Assembly: GCF_001194135.2 (NCBI RefSeq)
Contig: NC_068994.1
Span: forward strand, 17,463,484 to 17,527,483
From: Octopus bimaculoides
Taxonomy: Eukaryota
Reading direction: 5' to 3'
Length of the DNA: 64,000 bases
In this document: positions 52,001-64,000 of the stretch, piece after piece
Layout of the letters: each line of letters opens with the position of its first letter
Position numbering within the stretch: the stretch's first letter is position 1
Position numbers and translations under genes: made by a program
Notes under the pieces: model-generated
What the model was told of the DNA's origin: nothing
What the model saw: only the letters and a program-made list of their open reading frames with translations
Databases searched by the model: none

Positions 52001-55000
52001 TTATTATAATGATGGTGGTGAATTGATAGGGTTGTTAGAAAGTAAAAAAAGTACCAGTTGAAAACTGGGATTGATGTAATCAACTTAACCCCTCTCCCGA
52101 ACTTGCTGGCCTTGTGCCAAAATTTGAAGCCATTATTTTTAAGGGCCCTTGTGGCAAAATTTGAAATCATTATTGTTAAGGCAATGGAGTGACAGAAATT
52201 AAATTCTGGATTAAATGTTATGTAGGCACAGACATAGCCATGTGGTTAAGCTCACTTTGCAACCACATGGTTCCAGGTTCAGTCTCACTGTGTGGCACCT
52301 TGGGCAACTGTCTCTTACTACAGCCCTGGATCAACCAATGTCTTGTAAGTGAATTTAGTAAATGAAAACTGTTGAAGCCCATCTATGTGTATGTACGTAT
52401 ATATATATATATATACTGCCTGACTGGTCCTCGTGCCAGTGGTACGTAAAAGCACCCACTACACTCTCAGAATGGTTGGCGTTAGGAAGGGCATCCAGCT
52501 GTAGAAACTCTGCCAGATCAGATTGGGGCCTGATGCAGCCATCTGGCTCGTCAGTCCTCAGTCAAACTGTCCAACCCATGACAGCAGGGAAAGCGGACTT
52601 TAAACGATGATGATGATGATGATAAATAAGTAACAATTGAAGGACACGTGTCATTTATTTTTAATTCTCAAGAACATTGCCCCTCGTGTTCTGAAGTAGA
52701 TTATGGACTGTATATTTAATAAAATGTACATCTCTGAATAGCTCAAAAGTGGATTATATACTCAGTTGGGTCAAATTAACTGCATACATTACCCAAATAT
52801 CATTCTGCCAGTACTTCTGTACCAAGGTTGGACTTCATCTAAAAATTGTTGTGGTTGCATTTTATTCCGACCTAACTAGGCACTTCAACTGAATCTTGTT
52901 TATATTATATGTATGTGTGTTTGTGTATATATATATATATGTGGGGGGGGGGGTCTGTCCTCTACCACCACCACTTGACAACCAGTGCTGGTTTGTTTAC
53001 ATCCTCATAACTTAGCAGTTTTGCAAAAGAGACCAATAGAATATGTACCAGACAGAAAAATAAATACTGGGATCAATTTTTTTTTTTTTTTCAACTAAAC
53101 CCTTCCAAATTTTGCTCCAGCATGACCACACTCCAAAGACTGAAACTAGTGAATGATAATCTATAAGTCTTGTCCCAACTATGTTCTGAAGTCAACTTCA
53201 CCTTTCATTTCAGTAATTAACCTAAATATACTGTGCTTAATTGAATTAGCTATAATGTAAATTAATATTAACTTCAATCTTAAGGTGGTGAACTGGCAGA
53301 ATCGTTAGCATGCCGGTTGAAATGCTTAGCAGTATTTCATGTCTTTACGTTCTGAGTTCAAATTCTGCTGAGGTCAACTTTGCCTTTCCTCCTTTTGGGG
53401 TTGATGTAATCAATTTACCCACTTCTCTGAAATTGCTGGCCTTGTGCCAAAATTAGAAATCAATATTTACTTCAGCTTTGTGCCTATGTTAAAAATAGCA
53501 TACTTCATTAATGCTATCTATACTTCTAATCATACAACTTGCCCCTAACAAACATGTGCCGAAGAAATCATGAAGATATTTCTAAGATGTGGTGGCTGTT
53601 ATAGAGTAAGTGGCTAAGTCTTGGACAAACAGTCCCCCATACCCCAGTTTCAGTTTTTTATATTAACTGTATTTTTATTTATACTCATAACAATAATATT
53701 CTTGCAAAAGGCATGAACATTACAATTTCCTGTCACTTCTCCTTTCTGTAAATGTCCTCCAGCCATAAGCCTCCTTGAGAGGCTGTTGTTGTATATAAAG
53801 AACTCACAGTTAATGTTGACATTGCTCAGTTGAGGTCAAAATACACCTTTTTTTCTTGTTTTTTTTTTTTGGTCTGATGTCACCCACCACCTCCCTTAAA
53901 CATTTATCCTTTCGGCTTTTACTTTTTTCTTATTTGACTCTTGTTTTCTTGTTCATTTTTTTAAAAATTTAATCTTTTTTTTTTGATTTCTATTATTTCC
54001 CTCTTTTATCAAGACCAAGCTTATTTTTTATATTTCTTCCATAATTGATCTTTTTTCCTCAAGACTAAAGTAAAATTTAATTTTTGTTTCAAAGAATCAT
54101 TATTGCAACATTTTGAAATTAATTTCATACCACCGACAATTCTACTTCTTATCTTGCTCTAACCTTCTAACATCCATGTCTAGAAATAACCTTATGTTAT
54201 CATGTAGACTCTATGAATGAATGATTTGTGTGTGTGTGTGTGTGTATTTATTTTTCTTTTTATCAGTTGAGGATTCTACAGGAATTACTGAAGGGCCTAG
54301 AATTTCATGTCGAAGCACAGGTTATAAGAGTACTCAGCACATATAGAGTTTATGAGGAGACAACAGCAAATGAATGTATATTATTAGTGAGATACCAGTC
54401 CAGGCACTTCTGATTGGTCAAGGGCGGTTAAGTGAAGATTACACCATTTGCTGTTAGATGCTTTTAAAAATACATACATATATATATATATATATGAGTG
54501 AGTGGACCGCATTTAGTTGGAGTTATGTGCATTATTTAAAAAGAATTTGATTCAGCTCTATGTGACTTGAAGTTTTGCAGGCTTCTAACAGAAGCCCAAA
54601 GTCACATGCAGCCAAATCAAACTGTTTTAAATAATATAGAAATATAGGTACAGACCCTACCATCATCATAGCAATTTTAGTTAAAAAGTAATTATTCCTT
54701 TTTTTTTTTTAGCATTTAAATAGTAGCATATGTTGCTTCTAAATTGTAAAGGTCTTTGAAATTTACAGAACTAACATGACTATATTTGCTGTTGGGCTGG
54801 TAGAATTGTTAGCATGTCAGACAAAATGCCTAGCAGCGTTTCTTCCAGCTCTAACACTGAGTTCAAATCCTGCCAACATCAGCTCTACCTTTTATTCTTC
54901 GGGGTCAATTAAATAAAGTATCAGTGAAGTACTGGGGTCAGTATAATCAGCTGTCACCTTCCCTGGAATTGCTGGCTTTGTGCTAAAATTTGAAACAATT

Positions 55001-58000
55001 ATTCAATTATTTTCTTTATTTACACCAAACCTCTCTCTTCTCTGCTTACAACCATTGTCATAAATAACTTTTTTGTTTGTTTGTTTGTTTGTTATTTTGG
55101 TGTGTGTGTGTGTGTATTTCTTTGAAGATTATAAAACGCTGCAGTAAATTAGAAAACAAAACAGAAAGCTCTGTTGCATTGTTGAAAACTGGGTCTTTAG
55201 TTTTGTTTATGCTGCTTTTCAAAATAATATGAAAAAGACCATTGTGTGAGATGTGTCAATCATCTCAATCATGAGTAAATTAAGTTAAATGACTGAGCTG
55301 GGAAATGAAAACTGTTTTATATAAGTACAACTTACCAGGACTTTACCACAATTTTTGCAGCAGTCTCACCCCCAGTTTTTTATCATCCATATCCTTCCCT
55401 AAATACTTTACCCAATACTGCATTCACTCTTTGCCCACATCTACCCTACAAGTATTCAAACCAAACATTAATTGCATCAGTCCCCACCAGTTTTGAAGGG
55501 CCTACGAAGGTGATGGATTCTATTGAAGCGAGTGCTATAATAGGGATAAGCCTCCAGCAAATTGCATCCGCTAGCTGGATTCTTAGTTAAAGTCAGTTCT
55601 GTCTCTTTACCCTACCTGCCCACTATTGCTTTTGAGAAATTCATGAATAGAACTCAATCTCACTAGGAGAAATATTTATCCTTTTGATGAGGTCACAGAA
55701 AAAATGTACAATTCAGGGTAGGGAAAAAATCACTGGAAAAATGTCAGATCACATTTAAATACCATAAATAATTTTATAGCTAAAATAATTAAACTACAAT
55801 AAAGTAATATGATATTTTAAGCCACTGATAGCACATAACTTATACACAATGACTAGAAACTTTACATGCTGGTTTTACACACAGGTGAAAATAGATCGAC
55901 TAAATCAGTAATTTATTAAAGATTTTCTGGAATCATCTTTTTCATTTATAGATGAATCCATAATTTCATCTATAGATGGAAAAAAAATGTAACCTTTTCC
56001 ATTTCATATTTTGAAATAAATGTTCAGATTTATTTTCCAGACAAACACCTTTGATATCAGTTTGTTTTGTTTCTTTTTAATCCAAGTAAATCAGTATGTC
56101 CTACTTGGCATGTTCTTATGCTTATATTTAACATTTACATCCATGTTAGCCACAAGAGCAGAAAGCTAAGTACATGCTGAACTGTATTGGCAGCCTAGTC
56201 TTCATTCTGAGTTGTAACCATCGCTAATGTCCTTGGGAAAGGCATTAAACTTAACACTACTTCTTGTTTACAATCTCCTTACAAATCTAAGGCCAGGTGC
56301 CTTGCCAAAAAGAAATCAAGATCCCTTTGTATTAAACACCAAAGAGAAGGGAGGTTAGATGAGCCAAGTTCATGACCAGGTTGTTTCATGTTCCAGTTAT
56401 GACCATCTCACTTCCCTTGTGACACTAATACCCTTGATATTCTTCCTCGCCCTTTACCCTATAAATTCAAAACCTGGGACCTATGTAAAAGAAAAAAAAA
56501 AAACAAACAAAAAATAATTATGCCTTAGTTAATGAACTCCATCATTCTTAACAAAGGTAATTTCCCATGATTAACAGTAAATAATGTAAAGAATCAAAAT
56601 AAAATAAAATAAAAAAAGCAGTAAAAAGCTATACACAAAAATCTAAGAGAAATTGAAATTTAATATCTATTGTGGAAAGTTACTGCAATTCAACTTAAGT
56701 TACATTCGGATCATGTCTTTCCTACTTTCAATAGTTACTTGTTGTTAATTAAAAATTAAAAATAAATAAAAATGAAGTTTTTCATTAATTTAGATTACAC
56801 AAAAGGAATGTAACTGTTAATTCTTTACAAAATATATTGGGAAGAAGGATATCTATCAACTAATGTAGCAAATTTCTTTTTATTTTTATTTATCTGTTTA
56901 TTTACTTTTTGTTTAACCTTTTAGCATTTAAACTGGCCATGTCAAGCCCAAATATTCTACTTGTTTTATGTTCAAAACTGGCCAGATCCAGCCTCTCACA
57001 CCTACCTTACAATGTCATTCTAAAACTAAACAATCACATCATCAAGGTCTTGAAGCTACAAAATAATGCCATAATTAATTCGAAACAATGTGAATAAAAA
57101 ATAATCTGAATGCTAAGGGGTGAAATTAATGGCTAAATCCACGCAGCATCTTCTTTCCATCCATAATTAATACACAGAAATTGTAATTAAAAAAAAAAAT
57201 CAGCATGGCATATTTTTAATTTTTTTAATTTGATTCCACCCACTCGTTACCCAAACATACATACTACTAACACCCCTAACTTTACTTGGCTGACTGTTAA
57301 ATGGCAAGTCCGTGCAGCAGTTGACTCTTGAAGCCTATGTAATAAAACTGCATTTCCACGGGTGCCATATGATGGTAATATTAGTAATAATAGTGTTATT
57401 TATTTGCTACATGGGTGTTTAAAGAAGAAAAAATTAAAATATTAATAATGATAAATAAAGAACGATAATGACCATATAATCTTTATAAGTAGACTTGTTC
57501 TTCAGGCTGTTAACATTACTGTTAGCAGAGAATTCTACTTTCCTTTTTTTTTTTTTTTCCCTTATTTTTTTTTTTAAAGGTTGTCTTATTTTTACCCCCC
57601 TAACCCTTTCACCTTGCAAGATTTCTTCTATCACAAAAAATCAAGCAGTCTGTTTTAACAGCAGTTGTTGTCTTCTTTTCGAAAACCCACTCCCACCCCT
57701 ACCCCCCACCTTGGCTCAGTTTAAATCGAAGAAAACTCTGCCAATGGTTACCTTTGCTTACCTACTGTGATGATGGACAGCAACAGTTTGTCATAAAAAC
57801 TATGGAGATATTGTAACAAATATTTTACTTTACAAAAAAAATTTCAACAAAAAAAAAAGCTTCTTCATATTTCATTTTCTTTCTCTCTTTCTTTCCTTCC
57901 NNNNNNNNNNNNNNNNNNNNNNNNNNNNNNNNNNNNNNNNNNNNNNNNNNNNNNNNNNNNNNNNNNNNNNNNNNNNNNNNNNNNNNNNNNNNNNNNNNNN

Positions 58001-58679
58001 NNNNNNNNNNNNNNNNNNNNNNNNNNNNNNNNNNNNNNNNNNNNNNNNNNNNNNNNNNNNNNNNNNNNNNNNNNNNNNNTTTTTTTTTTTTTTTTCTACA
58101 ACCCTAACCCCCCTCTCTCTCTCTCTCTCTCTATTATAAAATTCTTGATCAATCAAGATTTTAATTTCCATTTTATTTATTGAGCTATATTTATTTGTTC
58201 AGTCTCACTTTTTTTATTCTCTCTCTATCTCTCTCTCTCTCTCGCTTCTTCTTAGACTTCAGTCCAATATTTTTACTTTTTGTTTCTAATGTAAATACAC
58301 AACTTGCGCCACTTAAAAATCTCTTGTTTTTACAAAATAAAAATCTACATTGTTCTTGATAAGAATAATGAGCAATATTCTCCTGTGTCTTGTTATTTTA
58401 TTTCCTTTATTCAATCGTTATTGTTATTTAACCCCAGGTCAGCCCTGATCCAGCAGACCTATGATAAAAAGCATTCCAGATACAACCATCCCTTTTTAAA
58501 GTGTCTAGAACTAGAACTACATGAACCAACATGTTCTTTCCTTATTGGCTTGTCCGTTACTCTATTTTAACAGATGTGTATATATGGTAGCCTTGTGTTT
58601 TCTTCTCAAAATATCTATTACATTCTTACAAAAATACTTTATAAAATGCGGCATGTGTAAGGACTTTCGAGCAAGATCG

Positions 58680-58965
58680 TTGCTAGTGCCCCTGGACTGG
58701 CTCTTGTACGCGTGGCACATAAAATACACCATTTTGAGCGTGGCCGTTGCCAGTACCACCTGACTGGCCTTCGTGCGGGTGACACGTAAAAGCACCCACT
58801 ACACTCTCGGAGTGGTTGGCGTTAGGAAGGGCATCCAGCTGTAGAAACTCTGCCAAATCAGATTGGAGTTTGGTGTAGCCATCTGGTTTCACCAGTCCTC
58901 AGTCAAATCGTCCAACCCATGCTAGCATGGAAAGCGGACGTTAAACGACGACGATGATGATGATG
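58680..58965 (+). mobile_element. RTE 3' UTR-derived repeat, CpG-retaining copy
   Basis: Family tail ending GGACGTTAAACGACGACGATGATG. Confidence 0.75.
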
Positions 58966-59709
58966 AAATAAAAACAAAGGATTAAGAAATACCCAGCAGA
59001 TTTAAGATGAGGTGATTGAAGTAGTGAAAAAAGTGGCAGGTATAATACTGCTTCATAAGCCTACGTGAGAAGGTGGAGAGGAGATTTTACACCAGGGACA
59101 GTCAAAAAATGCAAAAAAGTTTTTTTTTTTTAAATGTAATACAGTGTGGGGTATGCTATGCTTGAAAATAGACAGGATTGTCTTGGCTTAAATGCTTTTC
59201 ATTAAAGGGTGGCTCAATTCAGGACTGATCTGGAACAAAACAAAACATTTTGCAAATACAGTAATACCTCACTTTCTGAAGACCCACTTTACAAGACCCT
59301 GGGCTTACAAGTTTATTTTTCAAGCACAAGATCTAAATCTTGAATGAAGTGCAAATGTTTCTACTACCATTACAAATGCTTTTGCAATGTTACCCAGAAA
59401 TTTATAGAGAGCAATAAAAAGCTTCTGAGCACACACAACTCTAGAATTGTCTTTTAAAAAGAAATCTACAAGTCTATGTACGAGTGCTTGTGAATCAGCA
59501 ATTACATCCAGAAGTGATGGTGCTTAAACGTAGGAACCTGAAAAAAAATTTCAAAAAAATACATTTTTCAAGAAGAGGTGCAAAACTGAATTAGCCCCAT
59601 CGTTGAAAATGTAGGAAGTTAAAAAAAAAAAAAAGAAAAAAAGAAAAATTTTATACGTTTATGAATTTGTGTTGCAAGATTCCTGATGTGAGACCGTGTG
59701 TTGAAATAG

Positions 59710-59974
59710 ATATTTTTTAGGATGGTTGGTTTTTCTTTGGGGTTTTTTTGCCAAATAAACACATGCACTATATATTCGTTCTTCGCTTGTTTATTACTGT
59801 TCTTATTCTTAACATACGAGGACAGAAAGTGTCGCTGAAGAAGTCACAGGTGTGTGATCAAAGATTTCCAGACAATGGACCTAAGTTAGAATAAGAACAG
59901 TAATAAATGAGTGAAGAACAAATATAAAGTGCATGTGTTTATTTGGCAAAAAAAAAATGACCATCCTGAAATAT
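59710..59974. repeat. Foldback element (about 90-100-bp arms, about 70-bp spacer)
   Basis: GCCAAATAAACACATGCACT..TTATTACTGTTCTTATTCT pairs with AGAATAAGAACAGTAATAA..AGTGCATGTGTTTATTTGGC. Confidence 0.85.
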
Positions 59975-60419
59975 AACAATAGGAATTTAATAGCATGATG
60001 ACTGTGAAATACGTCTACCTCAAAATAAATGGTAAATTTACCTTACGCGAAAAATCCGAGGGTTTTTTTTTTTTTTTCTTAGTGAACCACGTGGGGTGCA
60101 CTTGTAAACATTTACCAAATAAATTTATCCTCTGATTACTTTTCCTTGTCTGAGCCTCTGATAAATAGTTGTTTATAATAAATTGCAAATTTTCTCATTG
60201 ATTGATTTAAGAATTCCTAATTAGAAAATGGATTACGTATTTGGTGACCCAGATAGGAATTTGGAATGTGTGTAATAGATGTTTATTTTTTATTTGTCCA
60301 GAGCTTCTGTGTAGAGTTCAATCATTTCAATGTGGAAATTGCATCTTCCTTGTATATCTTCTCGCCATACGGATGGTGACATGTACAATATTGATTGAAC
60401 GGTGAAGGTGATAATTAGG

Positions 60420-61260
60420 AGGATCAGAACCAGAAGGAAAATTGCAGTGTCCAAAATTTGGAATGTGATATATTCTTGTGCTCGGGGCACAAAAATAAGT
60501 GGATGAATGTGACAGCAACAAGTTGCAACCTTAACCACGTTTTGACTGGATGTCTTGGGGTATTGGGAGAATACCGGTGCATGTGGAGGCACGACAAAGA
60601 CCTTACAGCAAGTGCCAAGTGCAGAGAATTAGGCCAACAAGCAGTAGACATCATCACTAAAAGGTATCATTTCTTTAGGAATGATACCAAAAGGTATTCC
60701 TAAAGGAAGATGATAATGCACCAAAAACGAAAGTGCCTGTAGCTGGGGGACCCATTTTCTATTTTGCATCAAGCCTCTGCCAGGGAGATGGATCTGAAGG
60801 ATAAATTCATCTCTCAGGAAGAAATGACAATAACATCGCTCCAACCAGACATGTTCCTTTTATCCAGGATAATAATAATCATGGCTGTATTCACAGTGCC
60901 CTGGGAGGGCTAGACATTTTTTGCTAACTGAAGAAAATCAAATATCAGAACTTGATTGACAAGATTCTTGTCAACGGATAGCACATTCCTCATTGAAGTC
61001 GGCTGCCGTAACTTCCTAGCAAGATAGGTGCGCTATTTCTTGCAGAAGATTGGTATGGAACTCAAATAACTGAAGAAAGCTACCAAGGAAATAGTCATGA
61101 CAGCTAGACCAGTTGAAAGTGGTTGGAATTGACAAGAGACCACATATGGAACCCTTCAGTCAATGAAAACTAATTCAGTCCCCGCTGCTGCACTCAGGTG
61201 AAGCATAAGAGACGAAACGCTTCTGACCCTAAAACGCCTGCTTGAAGACAGGATTTCTTA
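60420..61260 (+). mobile_element. HERO-like non-LTR retrotransposon 3' fragment (zinc knuckle plus restriction-like endonuclease), decayed
   Basis: NLNHVLTGCLGVLGEYRCMWRHD, then LQPDMFLLSR...FTVPWEG...RK and LIEVGCRNFLA, matching the RLE motifs RPD...ELTVPWE...RK..KY...EVGCRGF. Confidence 0.8.
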
Positions 61261-63060
61261 TATTGTTAAAGTTTTAAATAGTGGACGTCAGGGATAGGTC
61301 GCCCACCTAAGTTCGAATTTCTCCGTTTTCACAGGGATTTTCAGATTTTTTCTTTTTTTTTTTCTCTGCATGGAAATATAGAGGGAGCATCTTTCACACA
61401 GAAAATGATGGAGAACTTTTAAGTAAAAACATTTCTGAAAAATAATTTTTTTACCCTATCTCACCCCCTCCAGACCGATTTTAGTCGATTTTTGTGGGTA
61501 CTACGCACTTAAAAGCGAAGGGAGAAACCTTTCCGTTAGAAAAAGAAAAAAAAGGAAAACATTTTTCAACACCATATTTGTGGATTTTTTTTTTTTTTTT
61601 TTTTTTTTTNNNNNNNNNNNNNNNNNNNNNNNNNNNNNNNNNNNNNNNNNNNNNNNNNNNNNNNNNNNNNNNNNNNNNNNNNNNNNNNNNNNNNNNNNNN
61701 NNNNNNNNNNNNNNNNNNNNNNNNNNNNNNNNNNNNNNNNNNNNNNNNNNNNNNNNNNNNNNNNNNNNNNNNNNNNNNNNNNNNNNNNNNNNNNNNNNNN
61801 NNNNNNNNNNNNNNNNNNNNNNNNNNNNNNNNNNNNNNNNNNNNNNNNNNNNNNNNNNNNNNNNNNNNNNNNNNNNNNNNNNNNNNNNNNNNNNNNNNNN
61901 NNNNNNNNNNNNNNNNNNNNNNNNNNNNNNNNNNNNNNNNNNNNNNNNNNNNNNNNNNNNNNNNNNNNNNNNNNNNNNNNNNNNNNNNNNNNNNNNNNNN
62001 NNNNNNNNNNNNNNNNNNNNNNNNNNNNNNNNNNNNNNNNNNNNNNNNNNNNNNNNNNNNNNNNNNNNNNNNNNNNNNNNNNNNNNNNNNNNNNNNNNNN
62101 NNNNNNNNNNNNNNNNNNNNNNNNNNNNNNNNNNNNNNNNNNNNNNNNNNNNNNNNNNNNNNNNNNNNNNNNNNNNNNNNNNNNNNNNNNNNNNNNNNNN
62201 NNNNNNNNNNNNNNNNNNNNNNNNNNNNNNNNNNNNNNNNNNNNNNNNNNNNNNNNNNNNNNNNNNNNNNNNNNNNNNNNNNNNNNNNNNNNNNNNNNNN
62301 NNNNNNNNNNNNNNNNNNNNNNNNNNNNNNNNNNNNNNNNNNNNNNNNNNNNNNNNNNNNNNNNNNNNNNNNNNNNNNNNNNNNNNNNNNNNNNNNNNNN
62401 NNNNNNNNNNNNNNNNNNNNNNNNNNNNNNNNNNNNNNNNNNNNNNNNNNNNNNNNNNNNNNNNNNNNNNNNNNNNNNNNNNNNNNNNNNNNNNNNNNNN
62501 NNNNNNNNNNNNNNNNNNNNNNNNNNNNNNNNNNNATTCGGAGTATTATAAGTAAAAATTAAGTACTTTGCAGTTTTATTTTATTATATATATTAAATTT
62601 TATAATTTATTTCGTTTCGTTTCTTTTTTCCGGTATTTTCAGATTCTAATTTTATAAACTGAATTGCATCTCCATGACAACAAGTAAATAATTTTCATGA
62701 GTTATGGTATGTTGTTAAATCTACGAGTTGTTATTTTTAAAATATTCATATTTTAAGCTTCAATTCAGTTTTATTGTGAAAGAATAGAAATGAATAGGCA
62801 TGTCAATGATGCATTTCCAAAAGGGAACTACTCATCAGTAAAACAAAACAAAAAAGAAACAAAAACAAAAAAAAACGGAAATATTTTTTTCATGCTCAGA
62901 ATTGTCGAAGCATGGAATATTTTGTTCCCTTGAAAAAATCCTTACTCTTGGCGTATTTATCCTCTTTAAGACTCTTTTACTGTTCACTTTTCCGTCTTTT
63001 TTGTGCTTTATCCACCGTACTATGCATGCACTTTTGGCTATCATTGCTTCTATTACTTAC

Positions 63061-63150
63061 TGCTTTCTGAGCCTCTTTTAACTTATTCCGACAGTTGTAG
63101 TAAACCTGAGCACTGTGTACAATAAGCTCGTTATTATAAGATAAGCAGCA
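63061..63150 (-). other. Candidate 90-nt exon of an unidentified minus-strand gene
   Basis: tttctgttag|TGC...GCA|gtaagt; open phase 0-0 frame CCLSYNNELIVHSAQVYYNCRNKLKEAQKA; no homology recognized. Confidence 0.2.
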
Positions 63151-63350
63151 CTAACAGAAACGTGTTGAAGACTTTTCCCTTCATCTTTCATCGCGATCAG
63201 CCGCCTTGCACAATATGCGGAGATAAGCAAACTGATTATTTAATTACATTTACAATGTTATTGTTCGTTATTTTGGCGTGGCTTTTCTTTCTTTCCATTT
63301 TCTTCCTTCTTGTCTTTCATCCGTCATAGGTTCGGTATAAAATGACTAAA

Positions 63351-63805
63351 AGACGACGAGCTGGACAAAATGCTTAGCGGCATTCCGTCCGTCTTTACAT
63401 TCTGCGTTCAAATTCCGCTGAAGTCATCCTTTCGGGCTCGATAAAATACGTACCAGTCAAGAACTGGAGACGATGTAATCGACTACTCCTCCTCCCCCTC
63501 CAAAATTTCAGGCCTTGTGCCTATTGTAGAAAGGAACTAAAACGATTGTTCCCTTACCCACAAAATGTCCAGCCTTGTGTCTACGTTAAAAAGTATTAAT
63601 ACTGGTTTCAAATTTTGGTACAAAGCCAGCAATTTTGGGGGAGGGGTAAGTCGATTACATCGGTCCCAGAGTTCTATTAGTACTTATTTTATCGACCCCA
63701 AAAGGATGAAAGGCAAAGTCGACCTTGACGGAATTTGAACTCAGAACGTAATGACCGACAAAATGCTTAGTCCGGTGTGCTAGCGATTGTGCCAGCTCGC
63801 TGCTT
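63351..63805. mobile_element. Two CpG-retaining SINE copies in tail-to-tail inverted arrangement
   Basis: + copy 63351-63535 and - copy 63597-63805 of the same family. Confidence 0.8.
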
Positions 63806-64000
63806 TAAAAATTATTAATATTATTTTGAAAAGAGGGGAGACCACTCCAAGTTCTGAGTTCTAATCCCACCGATGTCAACATTACATGTCAATCCTATAA
63901 AGGTAATGGACGTCGGACTTAGGAAGCACCAAGTTGGAATTTCTCCGTTTTGGCGGGAATTTTTTAGATTTTTTTTATTCACTGTGCCCTTTGAAATGCT

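Noticed and set aside
54267-54320. Possible + strand exon LRILQELLKGLEFHVEAQ and a nearby CCAAT/GC box at about 54412-54428
   Set aside because: Weak donor (GTTATA), no homology, downstream of the EXOC6 stop; such short motifs are expected by chance.
61195-61260. GAAAC and CTTGAAGA in the HERO-like 3' end as a permuted hammerhead
   Set aside because: Core interrupted and no convincing stems found by eye.

Overview
Eukaryotic, AT-rich, microsatellite- and SINE-dense draft genomic scaffold with six N gaps. The repeat families and composition suggest an octopus (inference). The main feature is a + strand EXOC6/Sec15 (exocyst subunit) gene. I traced 21 coding exons by hand from 8240 to the stop at 46756; all introns are GT-AG, phases are consistent, and the total is 2130 nt (709 aa plus stop). 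The roughly 90 N-terminal residues were not found and probably lie upstream of the window. Introns and the downstream region hold decayed mobile elements: a Penelope-like GIY-YIG fragment, a mariner transposase, Helitron pieces, RTE 3' ends, a HERO-like RLE LINE fragment, several tRNA-derived SINE families and TTAA-flanked MITEs. The most interesting signals are: (1) two apparently intact minimal type I hammerhead ribozymes in EXOC6 introns, both antisense to the gene, plus a decayed one inside a foldback element; (2) a symmetric EXOC6 exon encoding KRRRRAPPPP-NPF-acidic, a candidate combined syndapin-SH3 and EH-domain docking site; (3) long foldback hairpins inside the pre-mRNA. No prokaryotic-type systems, CRISPR arrays, rRNA or true tRNA genes were found.
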